Shown piece after piece: positions 19,313-29,964 of a stretch of DNA of 53,493 nt. Under the pieces are notes generated by a model that was not told the origin of the DNA, did no database searches, and saw only the letters and a program-made list of their open reading frames with translations. Made by a program: the position numbers and the translations under genes. How positions within the stretch are numbered: the stretch's first letter is position 1; each line of letters begins with the position of its first letter. Origin of the DNA: an uncultured Bacilli bacterium (GTDB lineage Bacteria; Bacillota_I; Bacilli_A; RF39; UBA660); NCBI GenBank assembly GCA_944331805.1, contig CALVIS010000003.1:1-53493 (forward strand), in the 5' to 3' direction.

Positions 19313-22300
19313 CTACCTTATTTTTGCAAGTATATCTTTAAACTTTTCGTAATTTACTTTTACTCCGTCATCTAAATCAATACTTATTCTTTGATTTGCA
19401 ATATGTGCTATTTTTTCATCATATTCTTTTATTTCTTGTAGCTTAGAATTTAAGTTAGCTTGTCTTTTTAGTGTATCTTTTTTATCACTCATTGATAATT
19501 CAGTAGTGAGTTTATATTTTATATCATCTAACATTTTTTTATAAGTAGTTTGCATTCTATGTAAATAATCTAATCTGATTTTAGGCACTAAATTCTCATT
19601 ATATCTATGCATATATATTAGTGCTTTAAATCCATTTTTCTTTCCACTATCAAATAACCAATATATAGGTCGTTTTTGATATATTTTAACATGATCATTA
19701 AAGAAGTCATTTACAAAATATCTTCTTATAGTATCTTCACTTGTTTCTGTACCCTTTTGTCCTAATGTTTCTGCAATGAAGTCAAGATTTTCATTTAATG
19801 TTTCTTTTCCATAAGCCACACTTATAAACTCCTTAAATCTCGCAACAATGTCATCTTCAAAATATGATTCATCAGTTATAGGAATAACATTATCATTATC
19901 AACTTCAAAAGACAAATCTATTTCTTTTCCATTATCATTTAAAACTTTATAATTTGCTAGGCTGACACCTGCCCAACCACCATCTTCTTTCTTATATTTT
20001 TTATATATTTCATTAAAATCTCCACCTGCATATATTAGACCTTCCTTATCAAGAGAGTATCTACCAAACATACAGCCAACTGCATAACTAATTAAAGATT
20101 TTATTTCTCTTACTTGATCTGCTTTTCTTATAGTAACATCTTTATCATCTTCTTCTGGTGTTAGCTCATCTTGAAGTCCATATATATCAATGAATATTTT
20201 ATTAAGTTCTTCTTCATTTCTTTTTAAAGTAAAAAATTGCTTTTTAGTAAATTCTTCCCATTTATCATATGAATCTGATATTCTTGCTTTTATTGGCAAT
20301 TCATCTACAATAAAACATTCTTCACCATAATTATTTTTTATTTTTTTTAAATGAGGAATAGGAACTTGTATATTAGAATCATGCAATTCAGGCATTGAAT
20401 TTATAAATTCTAATAGAGGATGTTTTTTAAAGTCCCAACTAGTTTCAAATGAATCCCAATCTTCTTTGGATATGGTTATATTACATTTAACCAATTCATT
20501 AACTGTCGATATAAATTTTTCTTCAAATATAAAAGGTAAATTTAATAAATGGCCTGGTTTTGTATCTCGTGTCCCAGACAAAAACTCTAAATATTTTTTG
20601 GCAACACTAGAATTAAGAAGTGCCAAATAATAGAGTAAATTATCATTGTTATATGCAAAAGCCATTGAACCTTTTGAATCAAATAATGTATTTTTTTCAC
20701 TAATTCTAAAACTTGCACCAATTGAGCTAAATGCTCCCCAAGTTATTCCATCTTTATAAATAAATTCACCATTATAGTTGTGAGATCTTGTTCTTCCAGT
20801 TTTTTCATCTTTAAAACTTTTTATTTCTTTTCCATTATCTTCCCAATTAACAACATATTCTTTATTTCCATACCATTTTCTACAAACTCCACCTTTATTA
20901 TAAGGAAACCACTTCGGATTATTTTTTATATTATTATATATTGCCATTTTCTGATTTTCAATTTCAAACCACATTCTCAAAAATCTGTCATTTTTGCCAG
21001 TTGTCATTCCTTCTCTTGTTATAATAAATTTCCCTAATAACTCTTTAGTAAAATTATTCAACATATTTTTAGATATTGTATAAGCAATAGCTTTATTAGG
21101 TAAAATTTTAAATATTTTCTGATTTATTTGATATCTTTTTGCTTTTAAAAAATTTATTCTTTTGTCTTCTGATGCTTTATACGGAGATAATTCAATAAAT
21201 ATAGAATTAAAATCATTTTTCTTTTCAGAACTAATCACAAAGGCCGTTGTTCCAAAATCAGTTCCAAATGCTCCAACTCCCATATGTGCCATACTTATAA
21301 TAGTATGATTTTCTAACAAATCGTTTCTTATATCATCTAAATCTCCCAAAGTCATCCAAGAATGTGGAGTAATCATAGAATAATATGAATCATCTCTAAT
21401 TAAAAAGATTCCCATTCTTTTAATAAATGCAGTAAACAAATCATTTGAAAAACATTTATAATTCTTATCCAAAAAATTACGTAATTTCATTTCTAACTTT
21501 GCTTTTATGGCATAAGGTGGATTAGTAACAGCAATATTATATTTTTTTGACAATATTTTTGAAACTTTAATAATTGGAAGTAACTTTTCTCTTAATTCAA
21601 TTCCAAAAATTGTAATATCATCATTTATGTTTTTTATAAGTCCTGAATAATTTTTATCTTCTAAAATAAGAAGTGATCCTATTTCTTTTGCATTTTTAAA
21701 ATTATCAATTAAATATTTTGCTTGTTCTTTTAAATTTTCTTCAAAAATATTATCAATGGTAAACTCCGAAATAGTATTGGATTCTTGAATACTCATTATA
21801 TGTAAGTTTCTTATTATATCTTTATTAAAAATATTTCTGTCATACTCTCTTGCTTTTAATAAAACTGATAGAATTGACAATTGACCTGCTCTATCATCTA
21901 TATCTAATCCATATAGATTATTTTTTAATATAAGTTCAGGTATATCATTCTTATTATAACCAGTTTGAAGATATATTTGATAAAATACCTCAAAAGCATA
22001 TGCAAGTATATGACCACTACCACAGCAAGGATCAATAAATGTGATTTCTGTCGGATTTAATTTTTCTTTTTTATTTTCTAAATTTTCTTTTATAAAATAT
22101 TTCCAATTATCTGTTATGGAAGAAGATAGGGATAAACTATTACTTGGATATAAATTATCTGATTGATATAAAGCTCCATCTCCATTGTGTTCTACCCAAT
22201 ATCTTACTAATGAGTTTTCAACCATATATTTTACAATCCAGTCTGGTGTAAATAATTGTGTAGCATAAGGAATCTCATTCTTTTTGTATGCTTTTTTAGC

Positions 22301-22996
22301 AGAAATAACTCTGTCTTTTTCAGCCTGATTATAATATTGATATAACCAACCTATTATTTCTACTTGTTTATAATTATCTTCTGGAACTTCATTTATTACT
22401 TTTGTAACAAAACCTGAATCATTCAATAAGTTATCAGGTATTAATATATCAATATAATCAGTAATACCATCAAACACCTGTGGTATTACCATGCCAAGTT
22501 TTTTACAAACTAATAATAAAACATATTTAAATTTTTCATTATCATCTTTTAATTCGGCATATTTTTCTTTCCTAAAATTAATATCTAAATCTGGATTCAT
22601 TAGATTAGTAAACTTTAATATTTCTGGGTCAGGAGTATTATCTTTTGATGATAATACTCTTATACCTAGACTTTGATTATCTCTTGTTAATGGTAATATA
22701 TCATTGATTTCCATATATCTAATAGCAATTATTCTATTAAACCAAGTATAAGCTGCCTCTTCTATTACTTGATCAAGAGATAACTCTACAATCCTTTTAA
22801 TTAAAAGATTACGCTTTGTGTATTCTTCATATGTTAGACTCAATGAGTGTTTTTCATTAGATAAAATATATAAATCACCTTTTTGTTCTATATTAAAGTC
22901 TTCATTAACATAAAAGGTATTTATTTTATTTTCCATTTTTTCCATTAAATCTTTTCTTGATTCAATAGCAAACTTTTTTAATATAGTTTTATCCAT
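19313..22996 (-). CDS. pglX: BREX-1 adenine DNA methyltransferase PglX (BrxX)
   Basis: MDKTILKKFA start, EEAAYTWFNR, TQLFTPDWIV, motif I DPCCGSGH, motif IV NPPY, DWDSFETSWDF, IDLDDGVKVNY end. Confidence 0.95.
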   Translation of the reverse strand: MDKTILKKFAIESRKDLMEKMENKINTFYVNEDFNIEQKGDLYILSNEKHSLSLTYEEYTKRNLLIKRIVELSLDQVIEEAAYTWFNRIIAIRYMEINDILPLTRDNQSLGIRVLSSKDNTPDPEILKFTNLMNPDLDINFRKEKYAELKDDNEKFKYVLLLVCKKLGMVIPQVFDGITDYIDILIPDNLLNDSGFVTKVINEVPEDNYKQVEIIGWLYQYYNQAEKDRVISAKKAYKKNEIPYATQLFTPDWIVKYMVENSLVRYWVEHNGDGALYQSDNLYPSNSLSLSSSITDNWKYFIKENLENKKEKLNPTEITFIDPCCGSGHILAYAFEVFYQIYLQTGYNKNDIPELILKNNLYGLDIDDRAGQLSILSVLLKAREYDRNIFNKDIIRNLHIMSIQESNTISEFTIDNIFEENLKEQAKYLIDNFKNAKEIGSLLILEDKNYSGLIKNINDDITIFGIELREKLLPIIKVSKILSKKYNIAVTNPPYAIKAKLEMKLRNFLDKNYKCFSNDLFTAFIKRMGIFLIRDDSYYSMITPHSWMTLGDLDDIRNDLLENHTIISMAHMGVGAFGTDFGTTAFVISSEKKNDFNSIFIELSPYKASEDKRINFLKAKRYQINQKIFKILPNKAIAYTISKNMLNNFTKELLGKFIITREGMTTGKNDRFLRMWFEIENQKMAIYNNIKNNPKWFPYNKGGVCRKWYGNKEYVVNWEDNGKEIKSFKDEKTGRTRSHNYNGEFIYKDGITWGAFSSIGASFRISEKNTLFDSKGSMAFAYNNDNLLYYLALLNSSVAKKYLEFLSGTRDTKPGHLLNLPFIFEEKFISTVNELVKCNITISKEDWDSFETSWDFKKHPLLEFINSMPELHDSNIQVPIPHLKKIKNNYGEECFIVDELPIKARISDSYDKWEEFTKKQFFTLKRNEEELNKIFIDIYGLQDELTPEEDDKDVTIRKADQVREIKSLISYAVGCMFGRYSLDKEGLIYAGGDFNEIYKKYKKEDGGWAGVSLANYKVLNDNGKEIDLSFEVDNDNVIPITDESYFEDDIVARFKEFISVAYGKETLNENLDFIAETLGQKGTETSEDTIRRYFVNDFFNDHVKIYQKRPIYWLFDSGKKNGFKALIYMHRYNENLVPKIRLDYLHRMQTTYKKMLDDIKYKLTTELSMSDKKDTLKRQANLNSKLQEIKEYDEKIAHIANQRISIDLDDGVKVNYEKFKDILAKIR

Positions 22997-23008
22997 TTAA
23001 ACCTCCCA

Positions 23009-23809
23009 TTATTTTAACAAACTTTGAACAAAAGTTATTAATTCTTTAATTGAAACTGCTAACTCTGCTAATGTTCCAAGCTTAGGTAATACTTCTTGAA
23101 GCGAAGAAATAAAAGCTTTAACTCTTCCTTTTTTAATATCTTTTTTCTTTAATTCTTCCTGTATTCCTTCTGCATTATCAATAATTTCTTGTTTTAGTTC
23201 TTCATCTTCAATATTATCAACCTTTTGTTTAACGTTAGATACCAATCTGTCTAATTCATTATAATTGTTTTGTATAGCGGTAATATTTGCATTTTCTCGC
23301 GCAAGGTTAAGTTGTCCACCATTATTTATTATTACAAATTTTGTTTCTTCATCCATTCCCATTTCTATAAATATCCTTTCATAATTAACATTAATATAAT
23401 TTATAAGAGGCTCTACTACATTATCACAAAAACTTTTTAATTTATCTTGAAATTTGCTAGAAGAAGAATAAGATTTTATATATGCTCTACAATCTATATT
23501 ATTATCAATGATGTATTTTAAAATTTGATAAATATATGCTACTTCTTTTTCTTCCTCTATATAATCTTCAAAAATACAGTCATACTTTGTACATACCTCT
23601 TTAACGTCATCTTCTATTTTAAGTTCATTATACTTGCAAATACAAGAATCTATATATTGCTTTATTACTTCATTGTTATCGATAAAAATAATTAATCTTT
23701 TAAGGTTACCATTAAATACCTGAAAATCACTTGTAAGTGTTCTGCTTGCTATTGTTCTAAATTCTATACTTTCTTTTTTCAATTCTTTTTTATTTATTGG
23801 TTTACTCAA
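23009..23809 (-). CDS. Hypothetical helical protein (~266 aa) inserted in BREX
   Basis: TTG start at 23809 behind GGAGGTG overlapping the upstream stop; helical N-domain, NNGGQLNLA linker, helical C-domain. Confidence 0.7.
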   Translation of the reverse strand: MSKPINKKELKKESIEFRTIASRTLTSDFQVFNGNLKRLIIFIDNNEVIKQYIDSCICKYNELKIEDDVKEVCTKYDCIFEDYIEEEKEVAYIYQILKYIIDNNIDCRAYIKSYSSSSKFQDKLKSFCDNVVEPLINYINVNYERIFIEMGMDEETKFVIINNGGQLNLARENANITAIQNNYNELDRLVSNVKQKVDNIEDEELKQEIIDNAEGIQEELKKKDIKKGRVKAFISSLQEVLPKLGTLAELAVSIKELITFVQSLLK

Positions 23810-24251
23810 AATTAGCACCTCCACATAAAGGACAATAACTTCCTGTAACAATAGATCCAGTTTTTATTTTTGCCATAGTTTTACAACAATCATATTTCAT
23901 TATCTGCATATTTTCTATTCTTGGTTTTATTATACTAACAACTTCCATTTCTGGTTTCTTTCCGACCTTAAAGTTGATAAATTTATTATTTTTTGTTTTT
24001 CTTTCTAATTCTTTTAATGAATTAAACATCATTCTATTTGCTTCATTTTTAGCCATTTTCATACTCATATCCAAAACTTCTTTTGTATAATATTCTTTAC
24101 CATTTAATCCACAATAGGGGCACCATATATTTAATGTTGATTCATCATTTAAATCACTCGCAAGTAATTTAAAAAATTCCCCACAAAGACTACATTGCAA
24201 TAATATAAATCCATCTTTATCACTTTTTATCGATATTTCAAATGTACTCAT
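23802..24251 (-). CDS. Multi-zinc-ribbon protein (TFIIB-type Zn ribbon-like) inserted in BREX
   Basis: CSLC, CPYC, CC and CPLC cysteine clusters; AGGAG RBS right after the brxC stop. Confidence 0.75.
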   Translation of the reverse strand: MSTFEISIKSDKDGFILLQCSLCGEFFKLLASDLNDESTLNIWCPYCGLNGKEYYTKEVLDMSMKMAKNEANRMMFNSLKELERKTKNNKFINFKVGKKPEMEVVSIIKPRIENMQIMKYDCCKTMAKIKTGSIVTGSYCPLCGGANFE

Positions 24252-24262
24252 AACGTTTTCTC

Positions 24263-27200
24263 CTATCTAATAGTTAAACTACTATTCTTTTCAAACTCTT
24301 TTAATAATTTCTCTTTTAGTTCTTCTACATATTTATCAATATCTTCTTTTGAATTAATCTCATAAGAATGATTCATTAAACTATCAGCTCTTATTATTGT
24401 TCTTTTAACTATTTTTTCTTCTACAACTTCTCCTGTTTCATCTATTGCATTTTTCTTACTCTTTTCATATTCTAAATCATTAATAAACTTATCCTCAAGT
24501 TGATTTATTCTCGTTTGTTGAGCAAATATATCTTTCAATTCATTAGATCTTTCTAATGTATCAATAACTTTTTTACAAGTATCAATATATGGCTTAGCAA
24601 AATCTATATCTATTCCTGCATTTTTTACTTCATTCTCTATATATTCAATAGTACCATTTATCTTTTTTATAATAGGCTCTGATTTAACATCATACATATT
24701 ATTTAATATATCTATTAAATCTTTTCTTAATGTTGGTAATTCATGTATTTCACTATATGGCTCTTTTGAAGTAAGAATTGCAACCATTCTATTTACAACA
24801 TTTAAAAGTTCATCAGTTTTATCAGCATAGTCTTTATTATTATCATAAATAGTAATTATCTTCTTTGCTTCATCAAATTGCTCTTTTTGTGCTCCATCAA
24901 AGAATTCTAATACCATTTCTATTTTAGGTGCTAAAGCAATAAGATCTTCTTTACAATTTGACACCTCTTTAAAGAATTCTCCAACATCCCTTATTTTTAA
25001 TAATCTTTCCATTATATTAGTCGCTTCATCTTTTACCTCTTGTCCTGGATACTGATAATTACTACTAGAACTATAATAATATCCAGCTATTCTATTTAAC
25101 TTATTTAAAGTATTTTGAAGACAATTGTTTTTAAAATCCTCAACCATGCCATCTTCATCATCTCTTAAATTCATAACATCAAAAGCACTTCTTGCAACTG
25201 ATTTTAGATCATTTATTAGACTTATATCAATTTTTTGTCTAATTTTAATTATAGTCCTATCATAATATTCTCTTTTTAAAATCTTTGTTAATGTATCTTC
25301 TGAAGTTATATTTTGCACTTCGTTATTATAAATTAAAGATACTACCTCATCTTTTAATAATCTTGTTAACAAATATAATATATCTTCATCTAAAAATCCA
25401 TAAGGTGCAGTACTAAAATCTTGTAATAAAGTTCTTATTGTTATTGGCATACCAAAGGCATTTTTTTCTTCACAATATTCTTTCATTGCATCATAAGCCT
25501 TTTGGTTAACAAATTCTACTTCATTGCCAAGCAAATTCTGCCTATTCTCATGAAATAAATCTTTAATATCTTGTGTACTAAAGTTATGTTTTATATATGA
25601 GAACTTTGTATATATATTATTAACCAATATTTCTAAAGCTTCATTAACTCTTGCCTTAGCTTCTTTAGCATTTATATTTTGTCTATCCCCTGCAATAATA
25701 ATTTCTGCTTCATTTATTTCTTCTTTAATATATTCTTTTATTCTTCCTTTTGTATGATCTGTTTCTCTTTCTTTTGCTCTAATAATATCTACAATTTGTT
25801 GTGTTTGAAGTATTCTACTATTAATTCTTCTAAATTCTTCCACCTGTAAGCAATTTGTTATCTCATCATAGATTAAAGAAGAAATTTCAAGTTTTATAAA
25901 GACATATTTGTTTTCTCTAAAAGACTGCATCAAAATTTCAGTATCACTTTTTCCTGAAAAATTAGTAATAACTTTTATACCAATTTCATACTCTTGTGTA
26001 TATTTAATGGTATCTATGTATTCTGTAAGTGAAAAAATTCTTTTTTTATAAGATAATTTATTATCTACTAATATTTGACTAAAAATTAATTTTCCTAGAT
26101 AATCCGCAACTCTATTTGGTTCAATGGATATTTGTTTTATTTCTCTATTTATCTCTTGTTCTTCATCTGTCAAGAATTTATATTCATCATTATTTCTTTG
26201 AATTAGATTTTGTGATTCTAGCCTTCTTAATGAATCTGAAATGTTCTTTTTTATTGTTATTTTATCATCATTAATATTTGATACATATAACGTTGATAAG
26301 TTATCAACATTAGCAGGTATATCCTTGATGTTTTTAAGCATAAATAACATTTTCAATACTTTAATATCTATATCTTTTAGTTCTCCACTTTTTACCATAT
26401 CAAGAGCATTATTTATTACATTTTTAATCTGATGCTCCAAAAACTGTTCAATGGTATCATAGAAAGCATAAAAAGGAATAAGAGTTCCAACTTCACTATC
26501 TCCAAACCTTTGTGCAGTTTCTTGGAACGCACCTAATAATGATCTTTCACCGCTTGATAAATGCTTCCCTGCATATCCATGCTTTCTAATATCATTAAAC
26601 ACATCCTGTAATAATTTAAATTGATATGGTATAAATGGGTATATTTCTGCAAAATCATCACTATCTTCATATACTTTTTGATAAGTAGCATTTTTAAAAG
26701 TTAATAAATTTCTTATTATAGACTCTTCTTTATCATAAATCATTTTTAAACTTACTTTCGCTTCATCTGTTTTATCAAGTATTCTTTTCTTGATTACTTC
26801 ATCTATATCAGAACTTGATAAAGAAAGCTTTGTATCAAATCTACCTTGTATTTTAGAAAAATCATTACCTTGAACTTTTACAACATCATCTATCGCTTCT
26901 TGTGATGTAACAATTACCCATGCTTTTCCACCACATTCTAATCCTAAATCTTCAACTATTGTTTGGAGATTTAACATTAATCCTCTATCATCTCCGATAT
27001 ATTGTCCAATTTCATCAACTAAGAACACTACATGATGATTATTACCTTTAGATTTAATGTAATCTCTAACTCTTTCTGCATATTTTTCTACTGATAATGT
27101 ATAATTTTTTTCTGTTCTTTCTACTACATTACGAGCTTCTTCTACTGATTTACCAAAAACTTCAGCATAAGAATTAGCAAATTCATCTTCTACAAATTGA

Positions 27201-27790
27201 ATTCCATCTCTCATTTCTTCCCAAGAAGCATTAGCATTATGTTGAAAAGCCTTTTTAAAATCATCATACTTTCCTTGACTAATCATATATCTTTCTATTT
27301 CTGCAACAAAAGGTGTAATAGAAAATCCCATTTTTTCATTGAATACTTTTTCAAATACCTCTAATATCTTGTCTTTAGTTCCATTACTGTTTTCTGTTTT
27401 TGAATCAATATTAAATAATATTACATCTGTTGATATACTGCCCGCTCTTTTGATATCAGCAAGTAACATCTTATCATCTATCTTATCATCAAAATAATCA
27501 ACTGCTGCTTTACCATTAACAATTTTATTTTCTAATAAATAAGATATTATTTTTAAAAAATGAGACTTACCACTACCAAAGAAACCAGAAATCCAAACTC
27601 CCATCTTCTCTGTATTACCATTTATTCCTGCATTATAAGCCTCAAAAAAACTATGAAAGTGCTTTAACAATTCATCTGTTACAACATACTCTTCAAGCTC
27701 TTGACTAATATAACTTTCATCGTCTACTTTAATTACCCCTTGTATTTCTCTTTCAATATCTTTAGCATATATTTTTTTTAAATTATCCAT
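24263..27790 (-). CDS. brxC: BREX P-loop ATPase BrxC
   Basis: GVIKVD, ELEEYVVT, Walker A GFFGSGKSH, Walker B LVDEIGQY, KIQGRF, YPFIPYQ. Confidence 0.95.
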   Translation of the reverse strand: MDNLKKIYAKDIEREIQGVIKVDDESYISQELEEYVVTDELLKHFHSFFEAYNAGINGNTEKMGVWISGFFGSGKSHFLKIISYLLENKIVNGKAAVDYFDDKIDDKMLLADIKRAGSISTDVILFNIDSKTENSNGTKDKILEVFEKVFNEKMGFSITPFVAEIERYMISQGKYDDFKKAFQHNANASWEEMRDGIQFVEDEFANSYAEVFGKSVEEARNVVERTEKNYTLSVEKYAERVRDYIKSKGNNHHVVFLVDEIGQYIGDDRGLMLNLQTIVEDLGLECGGKAWVIVTSQEAIDDVVKVQGNDFSKIQGRFDTKLSLSSSDIDEVIKKRILDKTDEAKVSLKMIYDKEESIIRNLLTFKNATYQKVYEDSDDFAEIYPFIPYQFKLLQDVFNDIRKHGYAGKHLSSGERSLLGAFQETAQRFGDSEVGTLIPFYAFYDTIEQFLEHQIKNVINNALDMVKSGELKDIDIKVLKMLFMLKNIKDIPANVDNLSTLYVSNINDDKITIKKNISDSLRRLESQNLIQRNNDEYKFLTDEEQEINREIKQISIEPNRVADYLGKLIFSQILVDNKLSYKKRIFSLTEYIDTIKYTQEYEIGIKVITNFSGKSDTEILMQSFRENKYVFIKLEISSLIYDEITNCLQVEEFRRINSRILQTQQIVDIIRAKERETDHTKGRIKEYIKEEINEAEIIIAGDRQNINAKEAKARVNEALEILVNNIYTKFSYIKHNFSTQDIKDLFHENRQNLLGNEVEFVNQKAYDAMKEYCEEKNAFGMPITIRTLLQDFSTAPYGFLDEDILYLLTRLLKDEVVSLIYNNEVQNITSEDTLTKILKREYYDRTIIKIRQKIDISLINDLKSVARSAFDVMNLRDDEDGMVEDFKNNCLQNTLNKLNRIAGYYYSSSSNYQYPGQEVKDEATNIMERLLKIRDVGEFFKEVSNCKEDLIALAPKIEMVLEFFDGAQKEQFDEAKKIITIYDNNKDYADKTDELLNVVNRMVAILTSKEPYSEIHELPTLRKDLIDILNNMYDVKSEPIIKKINGTIEYIENEVKNAGIDIDFAKPYIDTCKKVIDTLERSNELKDIFAQQTRINQLEDKFINDLEYEKSKKNAIDETGEVVEEKIVKRTIIRADSLMNHSYEINSKEDIDKYVEELKEKLLKEFEKNSSLTIR

Positions 27791-27805
27791 CTTCTACTCC
27801 TCCTA

Positions 27806-28375
27806 CTATCTTTCAACAAACTGAAATGCTCTATAATAATTATCATTTTCTAATTTGTTAAATAATTTAAAACTTTGTCCATTATAACTACCAGGATAAA
27901 ACATTATTAAAGGATTCTTTGTTATAACACTGTGTAAATTATTTAATATTGTATGGCCCCTCACTATTCCATAACATTTTCCTATACCAGTTATTATAAT
28001 TATTTGATTAGGCTCTACTTCACTTTTAATTTTCTTTACAATTAAATCATTACAAGAACCAATTCCAAGTGTTTTTGAAATAATAGTGTTTAAATATTTA
28101 GCCCCCTTTTTCTTTTCATATTCAAAGCATTTTTCAAGAAAACCTTTTTCTTTAAGAATCTCTATAATAATGTCATATACATCAAACACTTTTATATTTA
28201 ACTTTGCTCTTTTTAATAAGTAATTTTCTAAATATTCTCTTACTATATATTCATCTTCTGGATCATAATCAAAAACGTGAAAATTTATTTCGTTTCCAAG
28301 GCCATTAGATTCAAACAATTCTTTACTACTTAATTTATTTGTTATTTCTTGTAACCTTATATTTATATTTTTCAT
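27806..28375 (-). CDS. brxB: BREX BrxB (DUF1788)
   Basis: GLGNEINFHVFDYDPEDE, HTILNNL, MFYPGSY, DNYYRAF. Confidence 0.92.
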   Translation of the reverse strand: MKNINIRLQEITNKLSSKELFESNGLGNEINFHVFDYDPEDEYIVREYLENYLLKRAKLNIKVFDVYDIIIEILKEKGFLEKCFEYEKKKGAKYLNTIISKTLGIGSCNDLIVKKIKSEVEPNQIIIITGIGKCYGIVRGHTILNNLHSVITKNPLIMFYPGSYNGQSFKLFNKLENDNYYRAFQFVER

Positions 28376-28971
28376 AAAAGACCTCCTATTGCTTTAGCAT
28401 ATTCCATATCTCCTTTTTTATCTAACATACTTATGTATTTTTCCTTTAATAACGGTCTTACTATCTTAAATCTATTCTTTTCTTTAATAACTAACCCAGA
28501 ATCCTGTAATATCCTCATTATTACTTGTTTTAATTTAGCAGCAGTGGATTCTGTACGTTCTTTCAATGTCTTGCTGAGTATACATTTTTCTTCATACCAA
28601 TTATCAATATCAAATTTTTCTATATGCTCTTTTCTCATAAGCAATTTATCTTTATACACTTCAACAATAAAATCCCTTACTAATTTATCTGTTTTCATAA
28701 TAGTGTATAATAATATATATTTACTTGTTTCTATATCTGCATTAACAAACTCATATAACATTTCATTATCCATAACATTAAGCCTTCTAAATATCGGAGA
28801 ATTAACTCGTGTTATACTTTTTGGTGATTTATATTTAATTAAGTTTTCAGCTACATTTCTTCTCTTCAGCTCTTCTGAACTTATTCCATCAAGTAAATAC
28901 TGAGCAAGTATTTTAGTTTCTTTATACAAAAATGGTTCTGCAGTTAACTTTGCACTATAATCTTCCATCAT
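28372..28971 (-). CDS. brxA: BREX BrxA (DUF1819)
   Basis: YSAKLTAEPFLYKETK N-terminus, ESTAAKLKQ; ATG behind GAGGAGG; first gene of the operon. Confidence 0.9.
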   Translation of the reverse strand: MMEDYSAKLTAEPFLYKETKILAQYLLDGISSEELKRRNVAENLIKYKSPKSITRVNSPIFRRLNVMDNEMLYEFVNADIETSKYILLYTIMKTDKLVRDFIVEVYKDKLLMRKEHIEKFDIDNWYEEKCILSKTLKERTESTAAKLKQVIMRILQDSGLVIKEKNRFKIVRPLLKEKYISMLDKKGDMEYAKAIGGLL

Positions 28972-29106
28972 TTCCTCCTCTTTTAAAGAATAATAACTTA
29001 ATAGCATTATATCATATAATATCGCTTTTTCATACTTTTTTTAAGAAAAAATATAAAATATTCGCAAAAAAAGAGAACTTTATCTAAAAAATTCTCACAT
29101 TTATAA

Positions 29107-29943
29107 TCAAAATAACTCTTTCACTATCAAGTTTTCCGAATGTAAATTATTGTTTTTACCTAATAATAAATTCTCATAAAACTTAATTAAATAACTTTTA
29201 TCTTCTTTTATATTTAAATCATTATTAAAGTAATTACTTCTTACTAAAGCATTTCTAAAATATACTGATTTATCTTTAAATAAAGATTTATATACATTAT
29301 ACCCTAAACTAATTAAATACTTTTCTATAAATAAAGCTATTGTTCTAGTATTACCTTCTCTAAAAGGATGAACTTGCCATATACTAGAAGAAAAATCAGT
29401 AATATTTTTAATTACATCTACAATAGACATATCTTTATAATTTTTCTCTTTTTCTAAACGTATATCATATTCTAATGATTCCGTTAAAGTTTTACAATCT
29501 CCATAAGCAACTGAATCATTATTTAAGATAATCTCATGTTTAAAAAAATTAATATTTCTAAACTCCCCTGCAAATTCATAAACATCTTGAAACAAATATT
29601 TATGAATATACTTTAAATAATCTACTGATAACTCAAAATTATCAACACTTAATAACTCTACTATTCTCATGGATACAAAATCACATTCTAATTCATTATA
29701 ATTAATGCTATTTTGTTTTTCTTTTTCTATATAATAATCTTTTAGTTCTTTCTCTACTTCTTCTATTGTTAATTCTCCTAAAATGCTCTTTTCTATAAGC
29801 TCTTCTAAATATTTAGATGGTTCTAAATTATCTACTTCTTGTAAGCCAATAGCCATATCCCATTCTAACTGTTTAAAGTAGCCTTTAGGATCATTTATCA
29901 CGTTATAATCATTAATACTAGAATCCAAATCTTTTTCACTCAT
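29107..29943 (-). CDS. Fic-domain protein with VbhA-like N-terminal extension
   Basis: Fic motif HPFREGNTRT; IHKYLFQDVYEFAGEFR; N-terminal WDMAIGLQEVDNLEPSKYL. Confidence 0.88.
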   Translation of the reverse strand: MSEKDLDSSINDYNVINDPKGYFKQLEWDMAIGLQEVDNLEPSKYLEELIEKSILGELTIEEVEKELKDYYIEKEKQNSINYNELECDFVSMRIVELLSVDNFELSVDYLKYIHKYLFQDVYEFAGEFRNINFFKHEIILNNDSVAYGDCKTLTESLEYDIRLEKEKNYKDMSIVDVIKNITDFSSSIWQVHPFREGNTRTIALFIEKYLISLGYNVYKSLFKDKSVYFRNALVRSNYFNNDLNIKEDKSYLIKFYENLLLGKNNNLHSENLIVKELF

Positions 29944-29964
29944 ACTAACAAACTCTTATATAAA

